DNA of 55,178 nt from IMG/VR virus record IMGVR_UViG_3300002001_000006, positions 1 through 55,178 of that record. One strand, written 5' to 3'. The translations under genes and the position numbers were made by a program. The notes under the pieces are model-generated. The model did no database searches. It was not told where the DNA came from and saw only the letters and a program-made list of their open reading frames with translations. Source of the DNA: a virus (taxonomy: Duplodnaviria > Caudoviricetes). Below, piece after piece: positions 18,849-28,332 of the stretch (its first letter is position 1; the number at the start of each line of letters is the position of its first letter).

Positions 18849-19067
18849 ATGATTCTAATTGAGAATGGAAGTGGTAAATATGAAAGTTAAAATTGGAGAA
18901 ACAGTATATAATTCAGAAGAAACACCAATAATGATTATTGTAAATGATGAAGAAAAAGAACTTATTGTAAATATGGGTGAGAGTGATAGATTTTGTTCTT
19001 TTCCACATGATATAGATTCAAAAACAATGGTGGAATTTATGAAAAAATGATTCTAATTGAGAATGGA
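18849..19067. repeat. 21-bp direct repeat (18849-18869, 19047-19067) flanking one small gene
   Basis: atgattctaattgagaatgga twice. Confidence 0.85.
18880..19050 (+). CDS. Small hypothetical protein
   Basis: MKVKIGETVYNSEETPIMII. Confidence 0.65.
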   Translation: MKVKIGETVYNSEETPIMIIVNDEEKELIVNMGESDRFCSFPHDIDSKTMVEFMKK

Positions 19068-19075
19068 GTGAGTTT

Positions 19076-19228
19076 ATGAAGCAAATTACACCTGGTAAAA
19101 TTAATATGTGGGTTTCCGGTTTTGCAACTGGTGCCTTAATTCATTCTATATTACAAGGAGATTTAATATGGGCGTTAATATTAGTTGTATTAATTATATA
19201 TAATTTATATTTAGGGATAAAATATTAA
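19076..19228 (+). CDS. Small membrane protein (50 aa)
   Basis: RBS ggagtg; hydrophobic. Confidence 0.55.
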   Translation: MKQITPGKINMWVSGFATGALIHSILQGDLIWALILVVLIIYNLYLGIKY

Positions 19229-19284
19229 AAACTTTTAAGTCTATACGTTAATAGGCTTGTTTTTATTTTAAGGAGGAAAAGGAA

Positions 19285-19725
19285 ATGGATAAATATATAG
19301 GTTTTAAAATGATTGAAGCGGAACCGATGACAGTACAAGAATATAATAAACAAGTTAATCCACTTGTATATAGCGGTGAGTGTCAAGAAGGATATTTAGT
19401 TAAATATGAAGGTGGCTATGCTAGTTGGTCGCCTAAAGAAGTTTTTGAAAAGGCTTATATGAAAGTAGGTAATAACAATACAATTACTCAAGAATTAGTT
19501 GATAATTTCATTATAGATTATGATATATTTACAAAGAAAAATAAAATAACTATTGTAATTGCTACTTTAAGGAATGGATTTACAATAGTTGAATCGTCAG
19601 CATGTGTAGATGTAAAAAATTATGATGCAAAAATAGGCGCTGACATATGTGTAGAAAGAATTAAGAATCAAGTATGGAATCAATTGGGATTTTTGTTACA
19701 AACCGCATACAAAGGGATAAGCTAG
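19285..19725 (+). CDS. Two-domain protein: YIG.K..EAEPM/SWSPK domain plus N4 gp49/Sf6 gp66-type domain; candidate nucleotide-signal sponge
   Basis: GYLVKYE.GY.SWSPKEVFEKAY, then TIV.ATL.NGFTIVESSACVD..NYD..IG..IC..RI...W...G. Confidence 0.75.
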   Translation: MDKYIGFKMIEAEPMTVQEYNKQVNPLVYSGECQEGYLVKYEGGYASWSPKEVFEKAYMKVGNNNTITQELVDNFIIDYDIFTKKNKITIVIATLRNGFTIVESSACVDVKNYDAKIGADICVERIKNQVWNQLGFLLQTAYKGIS

Positions 19726-19763
19726 AGCCTTGGGAATAAGGCTTATTTTTATTTAGAAAGAAG

Positions 19764-21806
19764 GTGAACGAAATCGGAATATTCAATAAAACAAAAAATG
19801 CAGTAAGAAAAATGTTCCAGGGATATTACTCTCAAATTATCCAGGTACCTCCAGCATTAAATACACAGTCGTATTTACAATCGTATGGGACTATCGGATG
19901 GTTGTTTGCTTGTACTAGTAGGATTGCTAATGATGTAGGAGATACAGAGTGGAAAGCATATAGAGAAGGTGAGGAAGAACCAATAAAACAATCTAAAGCA
20001 TTGGATTTATTAAATAATCCTAATCCTTATTTCTCTAAATTTAAGACATTGGAATTAACTCAAATGTATTTAGATTTGGTTGGTAAATGCTTTTGGTACA
20101 TAGCTAAAGATAGAGCGGGAAGACCGGCGCAAATTTGGGTTATAAGTCCATTGAATATGACGGTTATACCCGATAGAGATAATTTTATAGCGGGGTTTGT
20201 ATATCAAGCGGGAGCTCAAAGAGTTCCACTAACTACAGATGAGGTTATAATGTTTAATTATCAAGACCCTAACAATCCTTATGATGGAGTTAGTCCAGCT
20301 AAAGCAGCAGCGGTAGCGCTAGAAAGCGATAAGTTTGCTGCACAATGGAATAGGAATTTCTTTTATAACAATGCAGAACCACAAGGAATTGTTTCTTTTC
20401 CAGATGGAGTTGAAGAAAGTGATTTTCAAAGTTGGATAGAAAAGTGGCAAGATAAATATGGTGGTGTAGGTAATGCAAAGAAAACAGCATTTATAAGAGG
20501 TGGACAAGTTAGCTATACTGCAATTCAAATAAGCCAAAAAGATATGGATTTCTACAATTTAAGATTAAATAATAGAGATGAAATATTAGCTATATTTGGA
20601 GTTCCTAAATCAGTGTTGGGAATAGTAGAAGATGTTAATAGAGCAAGCGCAGAAACGTCTGAATATACATATATGAAGCATACTATTTCACCTAAATTAA
20701 AAAGAATACAAGATATTATTAATAATGAGTTTGTAGCTATATTTGGTGAACAAGGAATCGAATTAAGATTCACTGATGTAGTTCCCGAAAATAAAGACTT
20801 TATTAAAGCAGTTATTGATACTCAAACTGACAAATCAATTACTAAAAATGAAGCAAGGAATGTTTTAAATAGGTTATTAGGTCTTAAACTAGAACCACTT
20901 GAGGGTGGGGATGTAATATATCAAGCAATTAGTTTGCAACCATTAGGCACACCGATGCCAACAGTACAACCGGCACCATCAAAGGGAGATAATAAACCTA
21001 ATATAGAAGAACCTACTAAAAGCATTAAAAAAAAAGTAGATAAATCATTTTTTCAGAATTTAGATAAAGAAGCTTATTGGAAATCATTTGTACAAAAAAC
21101 TGATAAGTTTGAAAAAGATATGAAGCCAATTTGGGAAAGTATATTTGACCACCAAAAAGATATTATAATTGCAAATATAAAATCACATAAGGCAATTAAG
21201 GCTATGAGTACAGATGATATATTAAAGTTCTTAACTGAAAATGCTGAATCTGAATATATGCAAGAAACTATATTACCACTATTTAAAAAGATTATGCAAG
21301 ATAAAGGGAATCAAGTATTAGATGAATTAAAAATTGATACTTCTTTTGATTTACATAATCCAAAGGTTACAGAGTGGCTTAATAAATATTGTGGGGATCA
21401 AATAACAAAGATAAATTCAACTACTAAAGACTTGATTAAAAATCAATTGGTTGAAGGTCAAGGATTAGGTGAAAGTATTCCTAATTTATGTAATAGAATA
21501 AAAGATTATTGTGATGGTATGAAAGATTCAAGGATACAAAATATATGTCGAACAGAAGTAATAGGGGCTAGTAATAATGCTACTCTTATGAGTTATCAAC
21601 AAAGTGGAGTGGTAAAAGGCAAAACTTGGTTGACTGCAATTGATGGACGTGAGCGTGAATGGCACGCCGAAGCTGATGGACAACAAGTTGATGTGGATGA
21701 AAACTTTATTGTCGATGGTGAGGAACTTGATTGCCCAGGTGGAATGAGTGGCTCACCTTCAAACGTATGTAATTGCAGATGCACAATTACTCCGATAGTA
21801 GATTAA
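19764..21806 (+). CDS. HK97-type portal fused to a MuF/SPP1 gp7 minor head domain
   Basis: Portal motifs (G.SP, FF.N.A.P, FGVP..VLG); C-terminal RTE...KTWLT..D.R.R.WH...NCRC. Confidence 0.92.
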   Translation: MNEIGIFNKTKNAVRKMFQGYYSQIIQVPPALNTQSYLQSYGTIGWLFACTSRIANDVGDTEWKAYREGEEEPIKQSKALDLLNNPNPYFSKFKTLELTQMYLDLVGKCFWYIAKDRAGRPAQIWVISPLNMTVIPDRDNFIAGFVYQAGAQRVPLTTDEVIMFNYQDPNNPYDGVSPAKAAAVALESDKFAAQWNRNFFYNNAEPQGIVSFPDGVEESDFQSWIEKWQDKYGGVGNAKKTAFIRGGQVSYTAIQISQKDMDFYNLRLNNRDEILAIFGVPKSVLGIVEDVNRASAETSEYTYMKHTISPKLKRIQDIINNEFVAIFGEQGIELRFTDVVPENKDFIKAVIDTQTDKSITKNEARNVLNRLLGLKLEPLEGGDVIYQAISLQPLGTPMPTVQPAPSKGDNKPNIEEPTKSIKKKVDKSFFQNLDKEAYWKSFVQKTDKFEKDMKPIWESIFDHQKDIIIANIKSHKAIKAMSTDDILKFLTENAESEYMQETILPLFKKIMQDKGNQVLDELKIDTSFDLHNPKVTEWLNKYCGDQITKINSTTKDLIKNQLVEGQGLGESIPNLCNRIKDYCDGMKDSRIQNICRTEVIGASNNATLMSYQQSGVVKGKTWLTAIDGREREWHAEADGQQVDVDENFIVDGEELDCPGGMSGSPSNVCNCRCTITPIVD

Positions 21807-21821
21807 GGAGGGATTAATTAA

Positions 21822-22121
21822 ATGAGTAAAGATATGAGTATTAAATTAAATCTTGATGCTACAGACTTTAAAAAAGAACTCAATGAAATAGAAGCACAAC
21901 TTGATAGAATAATTGAAAAGCAAAAAAGGATGTCTTTAGGCACAAATGTTAGTTCTGGATTTTCAAATGTTAGTTCTGGATTCCCAAACGTTAGTTCTGG
22001 ATTCCCAAATGGTGATTCTGTAGCAAAAATAGCTGAGGCACTTGCTGAAAAAATCAAGCCAGTACCACCACCAATTAGAAAAATTAAAGATGGAGAAATC
22101 CCAAGATTGGGTCTTAGATAA
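21822..22121 (+). CDS. Hypothetical protein with NVSSGF(S/P) x3
   Basis: ORF with RBS aaggaggg. Confidence 0.65.
   Translation: MSKDMSIKLNLDATDFKKELNEIEAQLDRIIEKQKRMSLGTNVSSGFSNVSSGFPNVSSGFPNGDSVAKIAEALAEKIKPVPPPIRKIKDGEIPRLGLR
21945..22007. repeat. 21-bp tandem repeat x3
   Basis: aa(t/c)gttagttctggatt(tt/cc)ca. Confidence 0.9.
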
Positions 22122-22309
22122 TGAGCGAGTATGTTCAAATAACATTAATAATATGTGGAACAATTATAATATTAAATATAATTAGTTGCTTTAAAAAAGA
22201 TAATGAGGTTAGAGAATCACCAAGAGAAAGATATACTGGAGGTTATCAGCCGATTTGTAAATCAACAATATTAAAAAAGCCACCGAGAACAGGAAGTGGA
22301 ATAAAATAA
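22121..22309 (+). CDS. Small membrane-anchored protein with GYQP...PP..GS tail
   Basis: N-terminal TM segment. Confidence 0.6.
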   Translation: MSEYVQITLIICGTIIILNIISCFKKDNEVRESPRERYTGGYQPICKSTILKKPPRTGSGIK

Positions 22310-22327
22310 TTTCAAGGAGGTAATAAA

Positions 22328-22483
22328 ATAGATGAATCAAATGTAACAATTCCTTTAGGTGAATACAATAGATTAAGGGACGAAGCTAATATGAATAGAA
22401 TATTAATAGATAAAATTTCATTTTATGAAAGTAGAATGATGAGTTTTGAAGAAAGATTATATAAAATGGAAGTCAAGCTTTAG
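22328..22483 (+). CDS. Small coiled-coil protein, probable ATA start (51 aa)
   Basis: Perfect RBS aaggaggt followed by ATA GAT GAA..., open to TAG. Confidence 0.5.
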   Translation: MDESNVTIPLGEYNRLRDEANMNRILIDKISFYESRMMSFEERLYKMEVKL

Positions 22484-22527
22484 AAATAAGGCTTTTTATT
22501 ATGCCCAAAAAGAAAGGGGGTGAGAAA

Positions 22528-23427
22528 TTGAATAAACAACTTAAACAATTTACTTGGGAAGTAAAAATATTAGATGAAGCAAATAGAATAATTGAAATGA
22601 TTGGGAGTACGGAAAATAATGATAGAGTTGGCGATAAAATGCTAATGGCTGGTGCTAACTTGCAAAATTATTTGAAGAATCCAGTTGTACTTGCAAATCA
22701 CTGTTATGGCGAGGGCGAAAAGTCTAGTGTAATAGGTAGATCATTGAGTGTTGTTATACAGAGTACGCAAATGATATTTAAAATACAATTTGCTGAAACT
22801 GACAATGGTAAAGAGTGGTTTTATTTATATGCAAATAAGTATATGAACGCTTCAAGCATTGGCTTTATTCCTATCAAGTATGCACCAAATGATCAAGGTG
22901 GTTATGACTTTACAGAGTGGGAACTTTTGGAATTGTCTATGGTTGCCGTGCCTTGTAATCCCCAAGCAGTTCAGCGGGCCTTTGATGACGGTAAAATATC
23001 AAAGGCTTTTTTCGACACTATAAATAAAAATAAGGAGGATATAGAAAATATGAAAGTAGAAGAAGTACAAGCTTTAATTGAAAAAGCAGTAGATTCAAAA
23101 GTAACAGAAATTCAAAAAACACACGCAACAGAACTTGAAACAAAAGTAAAAGAAATTGAGGGACTTGCAGCAAAGATTAAGGAACTCGAAGGACAAATTG
23201 AAATTAAGGGTGGGGCATCTCATTCAAAAACAACAGTAGACACTATAAATTCATGTTGCAAGGGTATAATGACTCACATAAAAACAATGCAAGATATGGT
23301 GGGTTGTGGTGATGGAGAAGACCCAAAAGGTAAAGGACAAGAAGAAGAAAAAGATTATAGTGAAGAAGACATTCAAAAAGCAGTTCAAGAAAGAATTGAA
23401 AAAGCATTAGAAGGAGGAACAAAATAA
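22528..23427 (+). CDS. HK97-type prohead protease with scaffold-like tail
   Basis: DR.GD, NPVVL.NH, SIGF.P, ELLELS.V.VP.NP.A. Confidence 0.92.
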   Translation: MNKQLKQFTWEVKILDEANRIIEMIGSTENNDRVGDKMLMAGANLQNYLKNPVVLANHCYGEGEKSSVIGRSLSVVIQSTQMIFKIQFAETDNGKEWFYLYANKYMNASSIGFIPIKYAPNDQGGYDFTEWELLELSMVAVPCNPQAVQRAFDDGKISKAFFDTINKNKEDIENMKVEEVQALIEKAVDSKVTEIQKTHATELETKVKEIEGLAAKIKELEGQIEIKGGASHSKTTVDTINSCCKGIMTHIKTMQDMVGCGDGEDPKGKGQEEEKDYSEEDIQKAVQERIEKALEGGTK

Positions 23428-24548
23428 TGGCTAAAATGACAGAAAAAGAATTTAATGATATGGTGGCAAAGACTACAGAGGGGATTTTAAACTCTGCTGC
23501 AATGAAAACAGTATTAAATAAGATTGATGTAAGTAAGGGAATTGACCCACTTAATCCATTAGGTACACAAACAAAAGAAGTTAAAACAATAAGATTTTTT
23601 AAGGCAATGATTAATGGTGACATGGTAACAGCAAAAGATTTAAGTGGTGGAATAAGTGATCAAGGAGCAACATTAATTCCAACAGAGTTTAGAAATGACA
23701 TTATAGATAGAGTAGTTAAACAAGTAATGGCATTAAGATCAAAATGTACAGTAGTTCCAGTTGGATTTAGAAGTGGTAACATTCCAACAGCTGAAGGCGG
23801 GGTGCTAATGGCGTGGTCTGATAATGATTCAGCTACTTCAAACAAAGTTGATCCTAAATTCTCTAATCTTACTTATAAAGTAAATAGATTAGACGGATAT
23901 ACTGCAATAAGTAAAGACATGGTTTCGGATGAAAATGTTAATGTTTATAACTTCTTATTAATTTTATATTCAGATGCTTTTGTAAAAGCAGAAAATACAG
24001 CAATATTATGTGGTGCGGGTACTGGTTCTAATCAACCCGAAGGAATTAGAGTTAATGCAGCTATAGTAGCAGCAAGTGTAGCAGTAAAAACAGCTGGAAC
24101 ATTATCTTTTGATGATGTTTTATCAATGCCTTATAGCTTATCACCAGTTTATAGACAAGGTTCTATTTACATTGCTGGAACATCAGTTGTAAGAGAAATG
24201 AGATTAATGAAAGATGGACAAGGCAGACCACTTTGGGCCAATAATGATAATACTTATGAAGGACAACTTCCAACTTTCAACGGGTATCCAGTAATTGAGT
24301 TAGAAGGAATACTTCCAGAAAACTTAGGTACAGGCCACAATGAAACAGAAATAATATTTGGTAACTTTAAAAATTACTACTTATTCGATAGGGGAGAAAT
24401 GTCTACAGAAATGAATACAACAAGTGATACAGCATTTTTCCAAAATAGAATATTAGTTAAGGTTTCAAATAGACTAGATGGTAAAGTTGCAGTTCCTAAA
24501 GGATTTACAAAACTTACAGGAGTCCCAACAGGCAAGGCAGCATCTTAG
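23427..24548 (+). CDS. Major capsid protein (HK97 fold)
   Basis: G..LIP.EF...II, G.G..QPEG, KD.QGRPLW, FG.F..Y, R.DGK. Confidence 0.95.
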   Translation: MAKMTEKEFNDMVAKTTEGILNSAAMKTVLNKIDVSKGIDPLNPLGTQTKEVKTIRFFKAMINGDMVTAKDLSGGISDQGATLIPTEFRNDIIDRVVKQVMALRSKCTVVPVGFRSGNIPTAEGGVLMAWSDNDSATSNKVDPKFSNLTYKVNRLDGYTAISKDMVSDENVNVYNFLLILYSDAFVKAENTAILCGAGTGSNQPEGIRVNAAIVAASVAVKTAGTLSFDDVLSMPYSLSPVYRQGSIYIAGTSVVREMRLMKDGQGRPLWANNDNTYEGQLPTFNGYPVIELEGILPENLGTGHNETEIIFGNFKNYYLFDRGEMSTEMNTTSDTAFFQNRILVKVSNRLDGKVAVPKGFTKLTGVPTGKAAS

Positions 24549-24559
24549 TAATAAATTTA

Positions 24560-24590
24560 AAGGCTATAGGTTAATTCTATAGCCTTATTT
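24560..24590 (+). terminator. Terminator after the capsid gene
   Basis: aaggctatag / ctatagcctt. Confidence 0.75.
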
Positions 24591-24612
24591 AATATCTAAA
24601 GGAGGAAATAAA

Positions 24613-25260
24613 TTGAGTTATAACACAAAAAATTATAGTGATAATGGTGGAGATAAAACCGTTATAGGCGGTGGACTTCATATTGAAGATACTGCGGTAT
24701 TAAGCAAAGGTAATAATAGTATTGGTGCATTTCTTAATCATTTTCAAGTAAGTGCTACTAATGCAATACCAACAAGCACTACAGGAATTCATGCAGCAGT
24801 AACCGACACAGGAATACAACAAGTAATAACAACAGCAATAAATAATCCATCAGTAGCAAGGAATATAACAGCTACAGTAGGAGGAACAGGAGCAAATATT
24901 ACAGCGGTACAAGTAATTATTGTAGGTACTAACTATGATGGTAGTTCAATAACTGAAACATTGCCAGCATTTACAGCAGCAACACCAGGAACAGTACAAG
25001 GCTTAAAAGCATTTAAGACAATAACAAGCATTACAATACCAGCTTGTGGTGTTGGTGTAACAATAGCAATAGGTTTTGGTGAAGTACTTGGGTTGCCTTG
25101 TAAACTTGCACACAATACAGTATTTGGAGCTTATTTAAACAATGTAAAAGAAGTTACAGCACCAACAGTAATTACAAATGCAACTACAATAGAAAACAAT
25201 ACAATTAAATTAAATAGTGCATTAAATAGTCAAATTGTTGATGCGTATTTATTTTCATAG
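24613..25260 (+). CDS. Head fibre/decoration protein
   Basis: MSYNTKNY...GG.KTVIGG head-fibre-type N-terminus; Thr/Gly-rich beta body. Confidence 0.6.
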   Translation: MSYNTKNYSDNGGDKTVIGGGLHIEDTAVLSKGNNSIGAFLNHFQVSATNAIPTSTTGIHAAVTDTGIQQVITTAINNPSVARNITATVGGTGANITAVQVIIVGTNYDGSSITETLPAFTAATPGTVQGLKAFKTITSITIPACGVGVTIAIGFGEVLGLPCKLAHNTVFGAYLNNVKEVTAPTVITNATTIENNTIKLNSALNSQIVDAYLFS

Positions 25261-25270
25261 AGGTGAATAA

Positions 25271-25477
25271 ATGGATAAAACAATAAAATTTTTAAATAAT
25301 TATTCCCCTTATGCCAAGAATGATATCGCTGGATTTAGTGAAGAACTTGCAGATAAATATATTAGCATAGGACTAGCGGAAGAATGGCCAAAAAAAGCAA
25401 GTGTAATAAACAAGGTGGGTGAAGAAGATGCCACTAACGGACCTAAACAGGGTAAAAAGTTATCTCCAAATAAGTAA
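25271..25477 (+). CDS. Small head-associated protein
   Basis: Position after capsid; Y...D.A.F.E..A..Y...G.AE. Confidence 0.55.
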   Translation: MDKTIKFLNNYSPYAKNDIAGFSEELADKYISIGLAEEWPKKASVINKVGEEDATNGPKQGKKLSPNK

Positions 25478-25991
25478 CACAACGGATGATATTTTTATTC
25501 AAGATTTAATTGATGGAGTTCAAGAACAAATTGAAAATTATTGTAATAGAAAATTTGATGTTGCAACTTATACTGAAAATTATCAATGTAAACACAAATG
25601 TTTTCCAAGGAATACACCTTTAATATCAGTAAATAGCATTGTTAAGGATGATAATATAATAACTACTGATGATTATAAAATAAGAGGAAATTGGATTGAA
25701 TTTACGAGCGATTTAAAGGGATATACAATGGCTGGAAGTATTTTATATGCTAATGATTATTTTAGCAATGTAGATATTATATATAGTGCTGGTTATGCGA
25801 CTATCCCAAAAGATTTAGTTGTTGCAGCAACAAAATTAACAGTTTTAGAGTATAAAGAATCAAGGGAAGATAGATTAGGTATTCAGATAGAAAGAGAAGG
25901 AGATGTACAATATACTTATGCCAAGAAAGATGAAGAAATGCCACAAAACATTTCAGCGGTTCTTGATAATTATGTACAAATTTCACTATGA
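25428..25991 (+). CDS. Head-tail connector (gp6-like)
   Basis: LT.L..VK.YL, IE.YCNR.F, Y.AGY..IP.DL. Confidence 0.85.
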   Translation: MPLTDLNRVKSYLQISNTTDDIFIQDLIDGVQEQIENYCNRKFDVATYTENYQCKHKCFPRNTPLISVNSIVKDDNIITTDDYKIRGNWIEFTSDLKGYTMAGSILYANDYFSNVDIIYSAGYATIPKDLVVAATKLTVLEYKESREDRLGIQIEREGDVQYTYAKKDEEMPQNISAVLDNYVQISL

Positions 25992-26320
25992 GACATGATG
26001 ATATATGTGTAATAACACGAACAACAACGACTAAAAATATCGCAACTCATATTGCATCAACTCAAACTATCAATTTACCATCTTTTAATTGTAGATTAGG
26101 AAGAAGTAGTGGGACATTAGTACAAGGACAACCACAGGGAACTTTTACTAAACAACTAAGACTTTATATTCCTAATGTGTTAGCAGACATCAAAAGCGGT
26201 GATATAGCTACAGTAACAATAACAAAATTAAATACTACTACTAAATATATAGTAGGTAATATTGGTAGACCAAATAATCACCACATTGAAGCAGATGTAA
26301 CATTCAAAGAGGAAGTGTAA
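25988..26320 (+). CDS. Head closure protein
   Basis: Synteny; IK.GD, H.E motif. Confidence 0.65.
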   Translation: MRHDDICVITRTTTTKNIATHIASTQTINLPSFNCRLGRSSGTLVQGQPQGTFTKQLRLYIPNVLADIKSGDIATVTITKLNTTTKYIVGNIGRPNNHHIEADVTFKEEV

Positions 26321-26322
26321 TT

Positions 26323-26796
26323 ATGGATGATGGATTTGTAATAGAAGGTTTAGAAGGATTTCAAAAAGATTTAGTTGGTGTAGCTAATAGATTCCCAGAA
26401 GAAAAGAAAAAAGAATTATTAAAATTGGGGTTGATGCTTGAAGCTGAAATTAAGCCCTTAATTCCAGTAGATACTGGCAGGGCTAGAAGTTCAATAAACT
26501 CTCAATTAATAGATGCTGATAGTGTAGAGACAGGCGGAGACGTTGAATATTTGGCCGCCTTGAATGATGGACATATGCAACACCAAAGGTTCTTACCATC
26601 ACAATATCTAAAAGGATGTAGTGGTGCGGGTGTTATGCTTAGTGAAAAGTTTATACCAGGTGCTCATTTTATGGAAGATGCTTTTCAAAATCTACAACCA
26701 AAAGCACAAACAGAACTTGAAAACTGGACTCAAAATATGTTAGATAAAATAACAGGTGATAATAAAGCTATATTTGATACCGGTAGTGGTAAGTAG
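26323..26796 (+). CDS. HK97 gp10-like neck protein
   Basis: PVDTG..R.S, VEY....N.GH, G.HFM..A. Confidence 0.85.
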   Translation: MDDGFVIEGLEGFQKDLVGVANRFPEEKKKELLKLGLMLEAEIKPLIPVDTGRARSSINSQLIDADSVETGGDVEYLAALNDGHMQHQRFLPSQYLKGCSGAGVMLSEKFIPGAHFMEDAFQNLQPKAQTELENWTQNMLDKITGDNKAIFDTGSGK

Positions 26797-26804
26797 GTGA
26801 AATA

Positions 26805-27254
26805 ATGATATTAGATATTATAACAGCTATTAGCATATTAATAGCGCAAAAAGATAGTTCAATAGTATATTTAAATAATTTAGGTGAGGGTTTTGAAAGG
26901 CCTTCTTTTTTTATATCTCAAATTAATAGCGCAACAGAAGATTTGAATAGAGAAGTTATAAATAATAATATCTTTATTCAAATTATTTATTTTGCACCTT
27001 ATGTAGATGAATATAAAAATGTTGATGCAGTTAATCAGTATGGAATATATGACACATTAAAATCTATCTTTAAAAAAGGTTATTTTTTCGTAGGTGATAG
27101 AGCGGTAAAAATAACTCAACTAACTGGTGGACCACGTAATGCAGAAATATACTTAACTCTTAATTGTACAATTACAGAACAAAAACAAGATGATGTACAA
27201 GCAGCACCAGTTGCAACAAGTGTACAAGTTAATTTAAAGGGAGGAATCGAATAA
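26805..27254 (+). CDS. Tail terminator-like protein
   Basis: EGF.RPSFFI, IIYF; synteny. Confidence 0.75.
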   Translation: MILDIITAISILIAQKDSSIVYLNNLGEGFERPSFFISQINSATEDLNREVINNNIFIQIIYFAPYVDEYKNVDAVNQYGIYDTLKSIFKKGYFFVGDRAVKITQLTGGPRNAEIYLTLNCTITEQKQDDVQAAPVATSVQVNLKGGIE

Positions 27255-28316
27255 ATGGGATTACCAAATATTAATATAATTTTTAAGCAAGCTGGAATAA
27301 CTGCTATTGCAAGAGGTGCAAGAGGAATTGTAGCTTTAATACTTAAAGATGCAACCAACAATGGATTGATAACAATGAATGATGTATCAGAAATACCAAG
27401 TAATTTAAGCACTTATAATAAAAAACAATTAAATGATGCTTGGGTAGGTGGAGTAAATATACCATTAAAAGTTATAGCCTTTGTTGAACCAACAACAGCT
27501 ACAGACTATGTGGCAGCTATGGCAGCATTAGAAGTTATTAAGTGGAATTACTTAGCAGTGCCTGGAATAGTGTCGGGAGATACAACAACAGTTTCAACTT
27601 GGATTAAAGGATTAAGAGATAATAAGGACACAAAGGTTAAAGCAATATTGCCACATACAGTTGCAGACCATGAGGGAATTATAAATCTTGATACTGATGG
27701 AATTGTAACAAGCGTAGCAACTTATGATGCAAAAGATTATTGTGCTAGAATAGCGGGTCTAATCGCTGGAACACCAATGACTATGAGTGCAACATATCAA
27801 GTGTTAAGTGAAATAACTGATGTTCCTCATTTATCAGTAGCAGACTTTAATACTGCAATAGATGCAGGTAAATTTGTATTAATGAATGATGGTGTAAAAG
27901 TAAAAGTTGCAAGGGCGGTTAATTCACTTACAACTACTACAGTAGATAAAGGTAGCGACTACAAGAAAATTAAGCTTGTTGATATTATGGACCAAATCCA
28001 TGATGATATTAAAACAACTATTGCAGATAGCTACATTGGCAAAATTCCAAATAGCTATGACAACAAGTGTATTTTAATAATCGCACTATTAGCGTATATG
28101 GAAGGGTTAGAAGCTGATAACCTATTAGATAATGGTTCAACAGTTGCAATTGATACTAATGCACAAACATTATATTTAGCATCAGTTGGAACAGATACAA
28201 CAAAAATGACAGCACAACAAATTAAACAAGCTAACACAGCTGATAAAGTATTCTTAGCATCAACTATAAAGATTTTAGATGCAATGGAAGATTTTCAATT
28301 TAATATTGGAATATAA
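27255..28316 (+). CDS. Tail sheath protein (XkdK-like)
   Basis: MGLP.INI.F...A..R..RGIVALIL.D, RIAGL.AG, R.VNSLTT. Confidence 0.93.
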   Translation: MGLPNINIIFKQAGITAIARGARGIVALILKDATNNGLITMNDVSEIPSNLSTYNKKQLNDAWVGGVNIPLKVIAFVEPTTATDYVAAMAALEVIKWNYLAVPGIVSGDTTTVSTWIKGLRDNKDTKVKAILPHTVADHEGIINLDTDGIVTSVATYDAKDYCARIAGLIAGTPMTMSATYQVLSEITDVPHLSVADFNTAIDAGKFVLMNDGVKVKVARAVNSLTTTTVDKGSDYKKIKLVDIMDQIHDDIKTTIADSYIGKIPNSYDNKCILIIALLAYMEGLEADNLLDNGSTVAIDTNAQTLYLASVGTDTTKMTAQQIKQANTADKVFLASTIKILDAMEDFQFNIGI

Positions 28317-28332
28317 GGAGGTATAAATAATT

